Shown: positions 6,962-15,244, counted from the stretch's first letter. The stretch: DNA of 32,000 nt from Micrococcus luteus NCTC 2665 (GCF_000023205.1 NC_012803.1:2460001-2492000), one strand, 5' to 3'. Notes: generated by a model from the letters alone, not told the origin. Numbers and translations are program-made.

Positions 6962-7243
6962 TTTCCCACAGGCCTTGTGGACAACGTGTGGATTCGGCGG
7001 CGTGTCGTGTGGATCGCCTGGGGACCGCTCTGGGGACAACCGCTCAGCCACTCCCAGAATCCGGCTCTGACCTGGGACGATGCGATCCCCAGAGCTGTGG
7101 AGGAAGATTCTCCGCCCCCCCTTTCGGGCCCGACCGCGGGACTTGACAGCACCCTCGTTTGCGCCCTCATCACACCGCCTGGTACACGCCTATCCACACC
7201 GTCATCCACACCCTCCACATCTGTGGACAACTCCTGTGGACAA
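6962..7243. promoter_or_regulatory. cluster of DnaA boxes in the dnaB / CoA-transferase divergent intergenic region
   Basis: Perfect TTGTCCACA (reverse complement, tgtggacaa): 6976..6984, 7222..7230, 7235..7243.

Near matches that keep the TCCACA core or differ by one base:
- 6962..6970 TTTCCCACA
- 6987..6995 (rc GAATCCACA)
- 7008..7016 (rc CGATCCACA)
- 7031..7039 (rc TTGTCCCCA)
- 7096..7104 (rc TCCTCCACA)
- 7190..7198 CTATCCACA
- 7202..7210 TCATCCACA
- 7211..7219 CCCTCCACA

Spacing is mostly 9 to 14 bp or about twice that. Confidence 0.6.
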
Positions 7244-7452
7244 GGTGCCCGGATCTGGGGACGGCGAAGTTGACAGCGTCTGCGCGCGGCCCCGGGTCCT
7301 CCCCGTGCCCACCTCTCCCGGCCGCCCCGGACCGCCCGGCACCGATGACTCACGCACGTCGGTGACCCGCCCCAGAGTCATTGGACGGAACGTGAGCACG
7401 GTGCTTGGGTGGAACCCGTCGTCGTGTCGTCCGCCACAGTGAGGAGTCCGCC

Positions 7453-8628
7453 GTGCCCCCGGCCACCACCGCTCCCTCCCCGGCCTCGCTCCCCCTCGAC
7501 GGCGTCCTCGTCGCCGACTTCTCCCGCGTCCTCGCCGGCCCGCTCGCCACCATGACGCTGGCGGACCTCGGGGCGCGCGTCATCAAGGTGGAGCACCCCA
7601 AGCGCGGCGACGACACCCGCGGCTGGGCCCCGCCCCGCTCGGCGACGGGCGCCACCTACTTCGAGTCCGTGAACCGCAACAAGGAGTCGGTCGGCTGGGA
7701 CCTGAAGGACCCCGAGGACCAGCGGCGGGCCGCCGCCCTGGCCGCCCGGGCCGACGTCGTGGTCCACAACCTCAAGCCCGGCACCATGGAGCGCCTCGGT
7801 CTGGGCTACGACGACGTCGCGCGGGAGAACCCGTCCGTGGTCTACGCCGCCGTCTCCGGCTTCGGCGACCGCGAGGGCCGGGACCTGCCCGGCTACGACT
7901 TCATCGTCCAGGCCGCGGGCGGTCTCATGAGCATCACCGGCGAACCGGACGCCCCGATGAAGGCGGGCGTCGCCCTCGTGGACGTGCTCACGGCCAAAGA
8001 CCTCACCGCCGGCGTGCTCGCGGCCCTGCTGCGCCGCGAGCGCACCGGAGAGGGCGCCCACCTGCGGCTGAACCTGCTCTCCTCGCTGCAGGGGGCGCTC
8101 GCCAACCAGGGCCAGGCCTGGCTCGGCGCCGGCGTCGTCCCGCGGCGGATGGGCAACGACCACCCCTCGATCGCCCCCTATCAGCTGCTGGCGTGCCGGG
8201 ACGCGCCGCTCGCCGTCGCCATCGGCAACGACGCGCAGTTCCGCACCTTCGCCGCAGCCCTCGGCGTCCCCGAGCTCGCCGAGGACCCGCGCTTCACCAC
8301 GAACACGGACCGCGTCGAGCACCGCGAGGAGCTGCGCACCGCCCTGGAGGACGCACTCTCGGCCGAGACGGCGGCCCACTGGCGGGACGTGCTGCAGGCC
8401 GAACGGCTCCCGGTCGGCCTCGTGTCCACCGTCGCCGAGGGCGTCGAGCTGGCCGAGTCCCTCGGACTCGAGCCGACCGTCGAGGTCCAGGACCGCTCCG
8501 GCGCCCCCGCCGGCCGGCAGTTCCGCCACCCGGTGCAGTGGGACCCGCCCGTCGCGCACCCGCGCCACGCGCCCCCCGCGCTCGGCGCGGACACGGCGGC
8601 CGTCAACACCTGGCTCGACGCCCGCTGA
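7453..8628 (+). CDS. family III CoA-transferase (CaiB/BaiF type)
   Basis: LDGVLVADFSRVLAGPLATMTLADLGARVIKVEHPKRGDDTRGW is the family signature. GTG at 7453 follows GAGGAG (7441..7446) with a 6-nt spacer. The track ORF begins at a TTG at 7405 in the same frame. Confidence 0.9.
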   Translation: MPPATTAPSPASLPLDGVLVADFSRVLAGPLATMTLADLGARVIKVEHPKRGDDTRGWAPPRSATGATYFESVNRNKESVGWDLKDPEDQRRAAALAARADVVVHNLKPGTMERLGLGYDDVARENPSVVYAAVSGFGDREGRDLPGYDFIVQAAGGLMSITGEPDAPMKAGVALVDVLTAKDLTAGVLAALLRRERTGEGAHLRLNLLSSLQGALANQGQAWLGAGVVPRRMGNDHPSIAPYQLLACRDAPLAVAIGNDAQFRTFAAALGVPELAEDPRFTTNTDRVEHREELRTALEDALSAETAAHWRDVLQAERLPVGLVSTVAEGVELAESLGLEPTVEVQDRSGAPAGRQFRHPVQWDPPVAHPRHAPPALGADTAAVNTWLDAR

Positions 8629-8653
8629 CCACCCCGCAGAGAGGACCCCCGCC

Positions 8654-9880
8654 ATGACCACCCCGTTCCACGCCGAAGCCGACTCGTTCCTCGGCCGCGC
8701 CGACGTCGTCGGCCTGGACTCCCTGTTCTCCGCCGAGGAGAAGGCCGTCGCGCTGCAGGTGCGCGGCTTCGTGGACGAGCACATCCGCCCGCACATCGCC
8801 CGCTGGTACGACGACGCCGTGTTCCCCCGCGAGATCGTCCCCGAGCTGGGCCGTCTCGGCGTGCTCGGCATGCCCTACGAGGGCCACGGCATGCCCGGCC
8901 GCTCGGCGGTGGAGTACGGCCTCGCCGCCCAGGAGCTCGAGGCCGGCGACTCCGGCCTGCGCACCTTCGTCTCCGTGCAGGGCTCGCTCGCGATGGGCGC
9001 GATCCACAAGCACGGCTCCGAGGAGCAGAAGGCGCAGTGGCTGCCGCGCATGACCATCGGCGAGGCGGTCGGCTGCTTCGGCCTCACCGAGCCGGGCGCC
9101 GGCTCGGACCCGGCCTCCATGACGACGACGGCCCGCCAGGAGCCCGGCGGCGACTGGGTGCTCGACGGGGTCAAGCGGTGGATCGGGCTGGCCACCCTGG
9201 CCGACGTCGCGATCATCTGGGCGCAGACCGGCGAGCCCGGCGACGGGCGCGGGGTGCGCGGCTTCGTGGTCCCCACGGACACTCCCGGATTCCGCGCGGA
9301 GGCGATCACCCAGAAGCTGTCCATGCGCGCCTCGGTGCAGTGCGAGATCCACCTCGACGGCGTGCGCCTGCCCGCCTCCGCGATGCTGCCGGCCGACTCC
9401 GCCGTCGGGCTCAAGGGCCCCTTCCAGTGCCTCAACGAGGCCCGCTACGGGATCATCTGGGGTGCGATGGGTGCGGCCCGCGACTCCTTCGACGCCGTCC
9501 TCGACTATGCGATGGAGCGGCAGCAGTTCGGGGTGCCGCTGGCCTCCCACCAGCTGACGCAGGCCAAGCTCGCGGACATGGCCGTGGCCATCGGCAAGGG
9601 CTACCTGCTGGCGCACCAGATCGGCCGCGCCAAGGACGCCGGCCCGCTCACCCCCGCCATGATCTCGGCGGGCAAGCTGGACAACTGCCGCGTGGCCATC
9701 GGCATCGCCCGGGAGGCCCGCGAGATGCTCGGCGGCAACGGCATCACCCTGGAGCACTCGCCGCTGCGGCACGCGAACAACCTCGAGTCCGTGCGCACCT
9801 ACGAGGGCACGGACGAGGTCCACCAGCTCACGCTCGGCCGGCACCTCACGGGCATCGGCGCGTTCGCCCCGGCCCGCTGA
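8654..9880 (+). CDS. gcdH: acyl-CoA dehydrogenase, glutaryl-CoA dehydrogenase-like
   Basis: The blocks GLTEPGAGSDPASM, GGNGITLEHSPLRHANNLESVRTYEGTDEVHQLTLGRHLTGIGAF and QQFGVPLASHQLTQAKLADM closely resemble GCDH motifs. It follows the CoA-transferase after a 25-nt gap. Confidence 0.85.
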   Translation: MTTPFHAEADSFLGRADVVGLDSLFSAEEKAVALQVRGFVDEHIRPHIARWYDDAVFPREIVPELGRLGVLGMPYEGHGMPGRSAVEYGLAAQELEAGDSGLRTFVSVQGSLAMGAIHKHGSEEQKAQWLPRMTIGEAVGCFGLTEPGAGSDPASMTTTARQEPGGDWVLDGVKRWIGLATLADVAIIWAQTGEPGDGRGVRGFVVPTDTPGFRAEAITQKLSMRASVQCEIHLDGVRLPASAMLPADSAVGLKGPFQCLNEARYGIIWGAMGAARDSFDAVLDYAMERQQFGVPLASHQLTQAKLADMAVAIGKGYLLAHQIGRAKDAGPLTPAMISAGKLDNCRVAIGIAREAREMLGGNGITLEHSPLRHANNLESVRTYEGTDEVHQLTLGRHLTGIGAFAPAR

Positions 9881-9899
9881 GCCCCGCGCCCGGGCTCAG
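9877..9899. terminator. small hairpin shared by the convergent gcdH and rimK genes
   Basis: ctgagccc (9877..9884) pairs with gggctcag (9892..9899) across a 7-nt loop. Both stop codons (TGA 9878..9880 and TCA 9896..9898) are embedded in the stem. The stem is short and there is no U-tract. Confidence 0.3.
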
Positions 9900-11131
9900 G
9901 CGTCGTCGGCGGGCGCCTCGGGCGCCGGAGCCTCCTCGGCCACGGAGGCGAGGATCGGGGTGGCCGGCAGCTTCCGCACGCGCTTGGGGCGGCGGGCGCG
10001 GGCGGGGATGAGGGCGCGCATGTTCTCGGTCTTGCCGAAGCAGAGCAGCCGGTCGCCCTCCTCGAGGACCTTGGTGTCCGCGGGGTTGGGGAACACGGAG
10101 GTGCCGCGGTGCAGGGTGAGCACCTGCAGGTCCTTCGCGAGCAGCCCGGAGTCCTCGATGGACTGGCCCACCCAGCCGGAGCCGGCGTGCACGGTGATCT
10201 CACCGACCCCGTACCCGGTGGACACGGCCAGGCGCTGGCGCACGTCGATGTCGGGGAAGCCGGCCTGGTCCGCGACGTAGTCGATGATCGCGCCGGCCAC
10301 GTCCAGGTCCGTGGCGGCCTCGATGCCCTGCAGCCCCGGGGAGGAGTTCACCTCCATGACCAGCGGGCCGTGCTCGCCCTCGAGCATGTCCACGCCCGCC
10401 ACGCGCAGGCCCATGATGTGGGCCGCCCGCACGGCGGTCTCCGCGTACTCGGGCGAGAGCTCGACGCGCTCCACGGTGCCGCCGCGGTGCACGTTGGAGC
10501 GGAACTCGTCCCCCTGGGCCCGGCGGCGCATCGCGGCCACCACGCGGTCCCCCACCACGAGCGCGCGGATGTCCTTGCCCTTGGACTCCTCCACGAACCG
10601 CTGGATGAGCACCTGCTGGTTGGTGCCGTGCAGCGTCTCGATGATCGCCTCGGCCACCTTCTTGGTCGGCGCCAGGATCACGCCGATGCCCTGGGTGCCC
10701 TCGAGCAGCTTGATCACCACGGGTGCCCCGCCCACCATGTCGATCGCCGTGGAGACCTCGCCGCGGTTGCGCACGAACACGGTGGCGGGCATGTCGATCT
10801 CGTGGCGGGAGAGGATCTGTGTGGCCCGCAGCTTGTCCCGCGAGTTCATGATCCCGGCGGCCGTGTTGGGCGTGTAGACGTCCATCTGCTCGAACTGGCG
10901 CACCACGGCGGTGCCGAAGTAGGTCACCGAGTTGCCGATGCGCGGCAGCACGGCGTCGTAGCCGGAGAGGGGGCGGCCGCGGAACATCAGATCGGGCTCG
11001 TCCGAGCTGAGGTCGATGCCGAAGCGCAGGGTGTCCAGGACCTTCACCTGGTGGCCGCGCTCGAGCGCCGCGGTCTTCAGGCGCTGCGTCGAGTAGGCGC
11101 GCAGGGAACGGGAGAGGATGGCGAGCTTCAT
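9896..11131 (-). CDS. rimK: RimK-family alpha-L-glutamate ligase (ATP-grasp) with a C-terminal RCK/TrkA_C-like domain
   Basis: MKLAILSRS...VIKLLEGTQGIGV...RSNVHRGG...AGVDMLE...PLVMEVNSSPGL is the RimK ATP-grasp pattern. The tail GEITVHAGSGWVGQSIEDSGLLAKDLQVLTLHRGTSVFPNPADTKVLEEGDRLLCFG looks like TrkA_C. ATG at 11131 has AGGAAAG upstream. The 140-codon upstream extension in the track is Arg/Gly-rich and judged spurious. Confidence 0.9.
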   Translation of the reverse strand: MKLAILSRSLRAYSTQRLKTAALERGHQVKVLDTLRFGIDLSSDEPDLMFRGRPLSGYDAVLPRIGNSVTYFGTAVVRQFEQMDVYTPNTAAGIMNSRDKLRATQILSRHEIDMPATVFVRNRGEVSTAIDMVGGAPVVIKLLEGTQGIGVILAPTKKVAEAIIETLHGTNQQVLIQRFVEESKGKDIRALVVGDRVVAAMRRRAQGDEFRSNVHRGGTVERVELSPEYAETAVRAAHIMGLRVAGVDMLEGEHGPLVMEVNSSPGLQGIEAATDLDVAGAIIDYVADQAGFPDIDVRQRLAVSTGYGVGEITVHAGSGWVGQSIEDSGLLAKDLQVLTLHRGTSVFPNPADTKVLEEGDRLLCFGKTENMRALIPARARRPKRVRKLPATPILASVAEEAPAPEAPADDA

Positions 11132-11149
11132 GACCGCTTTCCTGGGAGG

Positions 11150-11689
11150 ATGAGGGGCGTGTCTGCATCTAAGCACACGGCCCCGGCCCCCCACGGCGTG
11201 CCCCCCACCGACGACGGCGCCGCTCGCCCGGGGCTGGTGGGCTGGCGCGAATGGGTCGGCCTGCCCGCCGCCCACACCCCATGGATCAAGGCCAAGATCG
11301 ACACCGGCGCCCGCACCTCGGCGCTCCACGCCTTCGGCATCGAGCGGTTCACCCGCGACGGCGCCGCGTGGGCGCGGTTCGAGGTGCACCCGTGGCAGAC
11401 CTCGGCCGCGGACGCGCGGACGGCCGAGCTGCCGGTGGCCGACCTGCGCACGGTCCGCTCCTCGAACGGCACGGCGCAGGAGCGCGTCGTCGTCGTGATG
11501 CCGCTGACCCTGGCCGGCCGCACGATCGAGGCGGAGGTGACCCTGACCCACCGGGACGAGATGGGCTTCCGCATGCTCGTGGGCCGCACCGCGCTGGCCG
11601 CCGGCGGCCTCCTCGTGGACCCCGCCGCCTCGTACGTGGGCGGGCAGCCGCCGCGCGGCGTGCGCCGCCGGAACCGGGGACGCGCGTGA
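11150..11689 (+). CDS. RimK-associated retropepsin-like / 'ATP-dependent zinc protease' family protein (RimB-like)
   Basis: LVGWREWVGLPAAHTPWIKAKIDTGARTSALHAFGIE...EMGFRMLVGRTAL matches the Zn_protease (COG4067) family that typically accompanies rimK. The start is uncertain: ATG at 11150, or the in-frame GTG at 11159 or 11198. Confidence 0.75.
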   Translation: MRGVSASKHTAPAPHGVPPTDDGAARPGLVGWREWVGLPAAHTPWIKAKIDTGARTSALHAFGIERFTRDGAAWARFEVHPWQTSAADARTAELPVADLRTVRSSNGTAQERVVVVMPLTLAGRTIEAEVTLTHRDEMGFRMLVGRTALAAGGLLVDPAASYVGGQPPRGVRRRNRGRA

Positions 11690-12801
11690 GCCCTCGCCCC
11701 GCCCGCGCCCCCTTCGCGTTCGGCGGGGTCGAGGTGGCGGCCGGCCGCCGCCACGAGCTGTCCCTGCCGATCTCCCAGCTCGTCACCGGCGCGGACGTCA
11801 CCCTGCCCGTGCACGTGCTGCACGGCCGCGAGGACGGGCCCACCGTGTGGGTCTCCGCCGCGATCCACGGGGACGAGGTGGCCGGCGTCGAGATCATCCG
11901 CCGCGTCCTGGAACGCCTGCAGCCCACGCAGCTGCGCGGCACCCTGCTGGCCGTGCCCATCGTCAACGTGCTCGGCGTGATGGCCGGGGACCGCTACCTG
12001 CCGGACCGCCGCGACCTGAACCGCTCCTTCCCCGGCTCCGCCCGGGGCTCGCTGGCCTCGCGCATCGCACACCTGATGATGACCGAGGTGATCGGCCGCT
12101 GCACCGTGGGCATCGACCTGCACACCGGCGCGGACCGCCGCTCCAACCTGCCGCAGATCCGGTGCGACCTGGAGGACCCCCAGACCCGCGCGCTCGCCGA
12201 GGCGTTCGGTGCCCCCGTGCTCTTCCACGCCCGCCTGCGGGACGGCTCCCTGCGCGCCGCGGCCCGCGAGACCGGCGCCCGCGTGCTGCTCTACGAGGCC
12301 GGCGAGGCCTGGCGGTTCGACGAGTACGCGATCGCCCCCGGCGTGGACGGGGTCCTGCGCGTGCTCGCCGCCCTGGACATGGTGGACCCCGCGGACGTCG
12401 GGCTCACCGAGCCCGGGCCGGACGCCGTCGTCGACGCCCCCGGGCCGCTGCCCGGCGAGGTCCCCGAGGAGCGGACCACGGACGTGCCCGAGGCGACCGA
12501 CGCCACCGGCGAGGACACCGCCGCCGTGCACCCCGACGTCGTCGACGGCGAGCAGGACGCCCCGTACCTGGTGTGGCAGTCCACGTGGGTGCGCGCCCGC
12601 GCGGACGGCCTCGTGCACCTGCACGTCTCCCTCGGCGAACGCGTGAGCGCCGGGGACCGGATCGGCGCGCTCTACAACTCGTTCGGCCGCCGCCTCGCGC
12701 ACGTGAAGGCCGAGCTGACCGGCGTGGTCATCGGCCGCACCGAGGCACCCCTGGTGCACCGCGGCGACGCCCTCGTGCATATCGGAGGATGGGACGCATG
12801 A
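11686..12801 (+). CDS. succinylglutamate desuccinylase / aspartoacylase (AstE-AspA, M14-like) family deacylase
   Basis: GPTVWVSAAIHGDEVAGVEIIRRV, LPDRRDLNRSFPGS and GIDLHTG are zinc-ligand blocks of the AstE_AspA family. GTG at 11686 overlaps the upstream stop as GTGA, which suggests translational coupling. The C-terminal half contains an acidic, Pro-rich insertion. Confidence 0.85.
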   Translation: MSPRPARAPFAFGGVEVAAGRRHELSLPISQLVTGADVTLPVHVLHGREDGPTVWVSAAIHGDEVAGVEIIRRVLERLQPTQLRGTLLAVPIVNVLGVMAGDRYLPDRRDLNRSFPGSARGSLASRIAHLMMTEVIGRCTVGIDLHTGADRRSNLPQIRCDLEDPQTRALAEAFGAPVLFHARLRDGSLRAAARETGARVLLYEAGEAWRFDEYAIAPGVDGVLRVLAALDMVDPADVGLTEPGPDAVVDAPGPLPGEVPEERTTDVPEATDATGEDTAAVHPDVVDGEQDAPYLVWQSTWVRARADGLVHLHVSLGERVSAGDRIGALYNSFGRRLAHVKAELTGVVIGRTEAPLVHRGDALVHIGGWDA

Positions 12802-12841
12802 GCGGCCGCGGGGCGCCGTCCGCGCGCCGGAGCCGCCCCGC

Positions 12842-14074
12842 TCAGGCCGGGGACGGGCGCCGGGCGATGGCCCGGCCGCCGTGCACGAGCCGGTAGTAGA
12901 GCAGCAGCGCCACCCCGACCCCGCCGGAGAGCAGGTACATCACCGGGATCCCGACGGCGGCCGCCACCGCGCCGAGCACCATGGGGCCGAGGCCGGTGCC
13001 GAGGTCCAGGAGCAGGAAGAACGTGCCCGTGGCGACGCCGATCTCGGTGGGTCGGACCACCTTGATCGCGATGGTCTGGAACACGCTCACCACCGGCCCG
13101 TAGGTCAGCCCCAGCAGGGCGCCGGCCACGAGCATGCCCGCCGGCTCCCGCCACAGCGCCAGCACCGCGTAGGAGACAGCCATCCCCGCGAGGATCGGGT
13201 AGACGACGGCATTGTCCCCGTGCCGGTCGTGCAGCACGCCCAGGACGGTGCGGCCCACGATGGTGCCCACGGCGAAGAGCAGGAAGAACAGGCTCGGCAC
13301 CGTCGCCGGGTAGCCCTGCTGCTGCGCGAACGTGGCCATGAACGCGAGGATGCCGCCGTACATGAACCCGGAGGCCAGGGCCACGCCCGCCGCCGGCGCC
13401 ACCTCCGCGGAGAACACGTCCGCCCGGTGCAGCCGGAACCGGCCCGTCAGCGGCGGCTCGGGCACGCGCAGGAACAGGGCGATCAGCAGGGCCATGCCCG
13501 TGAAGCCGATGCACGCCCGGAACAGGGCGTCGTAGCCGAGGGCCGTGCTCAGCTGCAGCGCCACCATCGGCCCGACGGCGCCCGCGATCGTCATGGACGT
13601 CGAGAACCAGCCGGTGCCCTCGGAGCGGCGCACCGGCGGGACGATCCGCTGCACGGCCGTGGCCAGCACGGTGCCGGCCGCACCGAAGCACATGCCGTTG
13701 AGCAGCCGCACCGCGGTCAACGTGGCCAGGGAGTCCGCCCAGAGGTACGCCGCCGTCGTGAGGACGTAGCAGGCCAAGGCGACGAGCAGGACCCGCCGCC
13801 GCCCCCACGCGAAGGTGGCGGGCGTCGTCGTCATGCGGGTGAGGACCGCGCCCAGCACGAACGCCCCCACCACGACGCCGGCCTCCGCGTCCGACGCGCC
13901 GAAGGACGTGACGGCGTAGAGCGCCATCGCGGTCATGAGCGTGTAGAAGATCATCGCCACGAACAGGTAGGTCGCGCTGACGAGGATGAACGGGCGCGTC
14001 CACAGCGGCGGGCGCGGGGCCGCCGTCGAGCCGGCGGGGTCGGAGGGCGGTGGGGCGGAGGGCATGGCCTCCAT
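12842..14074 (-). CDS. MFS transporter
   Basis: About 12 predicted hydrophobic helices, with an MFS-like loop FAWGRRRVLL between TM2 and TM3. The start is ATG at 14074 (MEAMPSAPPP...). The additional 186 codons in the track ORF (up to 14632) are antisense to the DUF3800 gene and judged spurious. Confidence 0.85.
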   Translation of the reverse strand: MEAMPSAPPPSDPAGSTAAPRPPLWTRPFILVSATYLFVAMIFYTLMTAMALYAVTSFGASDAEAGVVVGAFVLGAVLTRMTTTPATFAWGRRRVLLVALACYVLTTAAYLWADSLATLTAVRLLNGMCFGAAGTVLATAVQRIVPPVRRSEGTGWFSTSMTIAGAVGPMVALQLSTALGYDALFRACIGFTGMALLIALFLRVPEPPLTGRFRLHRADVFSAEVAPAAGVALASGFMYGGILAFMATFAQQQGYPATVPSLFFLLFAVGTIVGRTVLGVLHDRHGDNAVVYPILAGMAVSYAVLALWREPAGMLVAGALLGLTYGPVVSVFQTIAIKVVRPTEIGVATGTFFLLLDLGTGLGPMVLGAVAAAVGIPVMYLLSGGVGVALLLYYRLVHGGRAIARRPSPA

Positions 14075-14200
14075 GTTCCCCCACAGCACGAGGCCCCGAA
14101 GAGAATCCGGCCTGAGGTTCGCGCAGGGGACCACCAGATCACTGATCGCCTCATGCTCCGGATCGGATGGGATGATGTGCAGACGGAATGAGGAGGGTAT

Positions 14201-15076
14201 GTGCGAGTCTACTACTTCGACGACTCCGGCGACCGCAGTGGGGATCCCACGAAGCCCTACTTCGCGCTCGGAGGGTTCGGCATCGAGGCTGCCCGGGTCC
14301 CGGAGCTGGGCAGCAAGATCCGCGCCGTGGCGGAGCGTTACGGCATGCCGCTGGGGCATCCCGTCGAGTTGAAGTTCAATCAGGTCGGGCGAAGCAAGGA
14401 CAACAAGCCGCGCAAGCCGCATTGGATGATCCGCGCTGGGCTGACGGACCCGAATGAACGTCGCGCGTTCGTGTACTCGGCACTGCGTGAGGCAGCTCAA
14501 GTGCCCTCCGTCGAATTCCTGTGCGTTGTCGTAGACCAGAGGCAATTGCGCGAGGAGGCTCACCCACTCAAGGAGGCCCTCACCCCCCTCCTCGAGCGCA
14601 TTCAAATGAACGCAAAGAAGCACGCGACGCATGCGTTGGTCCTCATGGACGAGGAACAGGCCGATGACAAGGCATTACGGGAGGTGATGCGGAATGGGTC
14701 CGAGTTCCTGAAATATGACCGGATCCTGGACACCATCGCCTTCATCCCATCCGAAGAGAGCATCGGAATTCAGGTCGCTGACTTGGCGGCGGGCGCGATC
14801 TCCCGCTACTTCAACTCAAACGACCCCGGGTATGTCCGGACGTTCCTGCGCAGCACGGCCTGCTCTCCGTCCGGAGATCCCAATGGATATGGGGTCAAGG
14901 TTTATCCCTTCGGGCGTTTCGCCGGGCCCGCCCGGCGATCTGCCCCTTGGGGCAGCGTTGACCGCGAGATCCATCAGATCGAGTTTGCTCGGTATCCCGG
15001 AGCGACATTGGGGTGGCGAAATGACGGCGCGCCAACGTTCGTCTGGCGACACGACTGGGACAGCGGTCTCGACTGA
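14201..15076 (+). CDS. DUF3800-family protein
   Basis: GTG start at 14201 follows GAGGAGGG. The N-terminal (M)RVYYFDDSGD and the C-terminal SIGIQVADLAAGAISRYF correspond to the two signature motifs of DUF3800 (YxDESG ... LQxADxxA). GC content is visibly lower than in the flanking genes. There is an extra C-terminal tail of about 70 aa. Confidence 0.8.
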   Translation: MRVYYFDDSGDRSGDPTKPYFALGGFGIEAARVPELGSKIRAVAERYGMPLGHPVELKFNQVGRSKDNKPRKPHWMIRAGLTDPNERRAFVYSALREAAQVPSVEFLCVVVDQRQLREEAHPLKEALTPLLERIQMNAKKHATHALVLMDEEQADDKALREVMRNGSEFLKYDRILDTIAFIPSEESIGIQVADLAAGAISRYFNSNDPGYVRTFLRSTACSPSGDPNGYGVKVYPFGRFAGPARRSAPWGSVDREIHQIEFARYPGATLGWRNDGAPTFVWRHDWDSGLD

Positions 15077-15202
15077 ATCTGCGTGAAAAAGAAACCGGGG
15101 GCTCCCTATTGAGAGCCACGGGGCGTTGAGAACCCCTCCCGGTCGTCAGTTCAGTGTATAGGACACCGAACAGTTGGCACCACCCTATCGCGCCCTACAC
15201 AC

Positions 15203-15244
15203 GATGATGCCCCGCCGTTCGAGTGGAACGGGCGGGGCATCATC
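15203..15244. terminator. strong hairpin downstream of rplI, also facing the DUF3800 gene
   Basis: gatgatgccccgcc (15203..15216) pairs perfectly with ggcggggcatcatc (15231..15244). Inner gttc/gaac pairing extends the stem. There is no U-tract, which fits the I-shaped terminators common in actinobacteria. It lies about 40 nt 3' of the rplI stop. Confidence 0.5.

Noticed and set aside
5385-7070. 561-aa plus-strand ORF covering dnaB and its upstream region. It is one of many similar very long ORFs:
- 7378..8871
- 8603..9844
- 10109..11149 (part)
- 11128..12780
- 12881..14191
- 17630..19003
- 19156..20748
- 19950..21116
- 21051..23435
- 23485..24795
- 24922..26556
- 26926..28800
- 29262..31898
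   Set aside because: All are antisense or out of frame relative to genes with clear family signatures. Their translations are monotonous Arg/Gly/Ala/Pro/His-rich strings with no recognisable motifs. They are the expected shadow ORFs of ~70% GC DNA, where stop codons are rare.
6962-7243. Reading the DnaA-box cluster as the chromosomal replication origin (oriC) or a second origin.
   Set aside because: There is no AT-rich unwinding element or 13-mer-like repeats nearby. The locus is not flanked by dnaA, dnaN or rpmH. The window's gene order places oriC further to the right, beyond trxB. I kept it as a regulatory or titration-site hypothesis instead.
7143-7275. Two TTGACAGC octamers (7143..7150 and 7270..7277) as -35 elements of promoters for the CoA-transferase operon.
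   Set aside because: No acceptable TAnnnT -10 hexamer lies 16-19 bp downstream of either. Two occurrences of an 8-mer are not enough to call a motif.
14075-14632. N-terminal 186-codon extension of the MFS transporter ORF (track ORF 12842..14632).
   Set aside because: The extension runs antisense through the DUF3800 gene and has no transporter-like hydrophobic pattern. The MFS protein starts sensibly at ATG 14074, directly before TM1.
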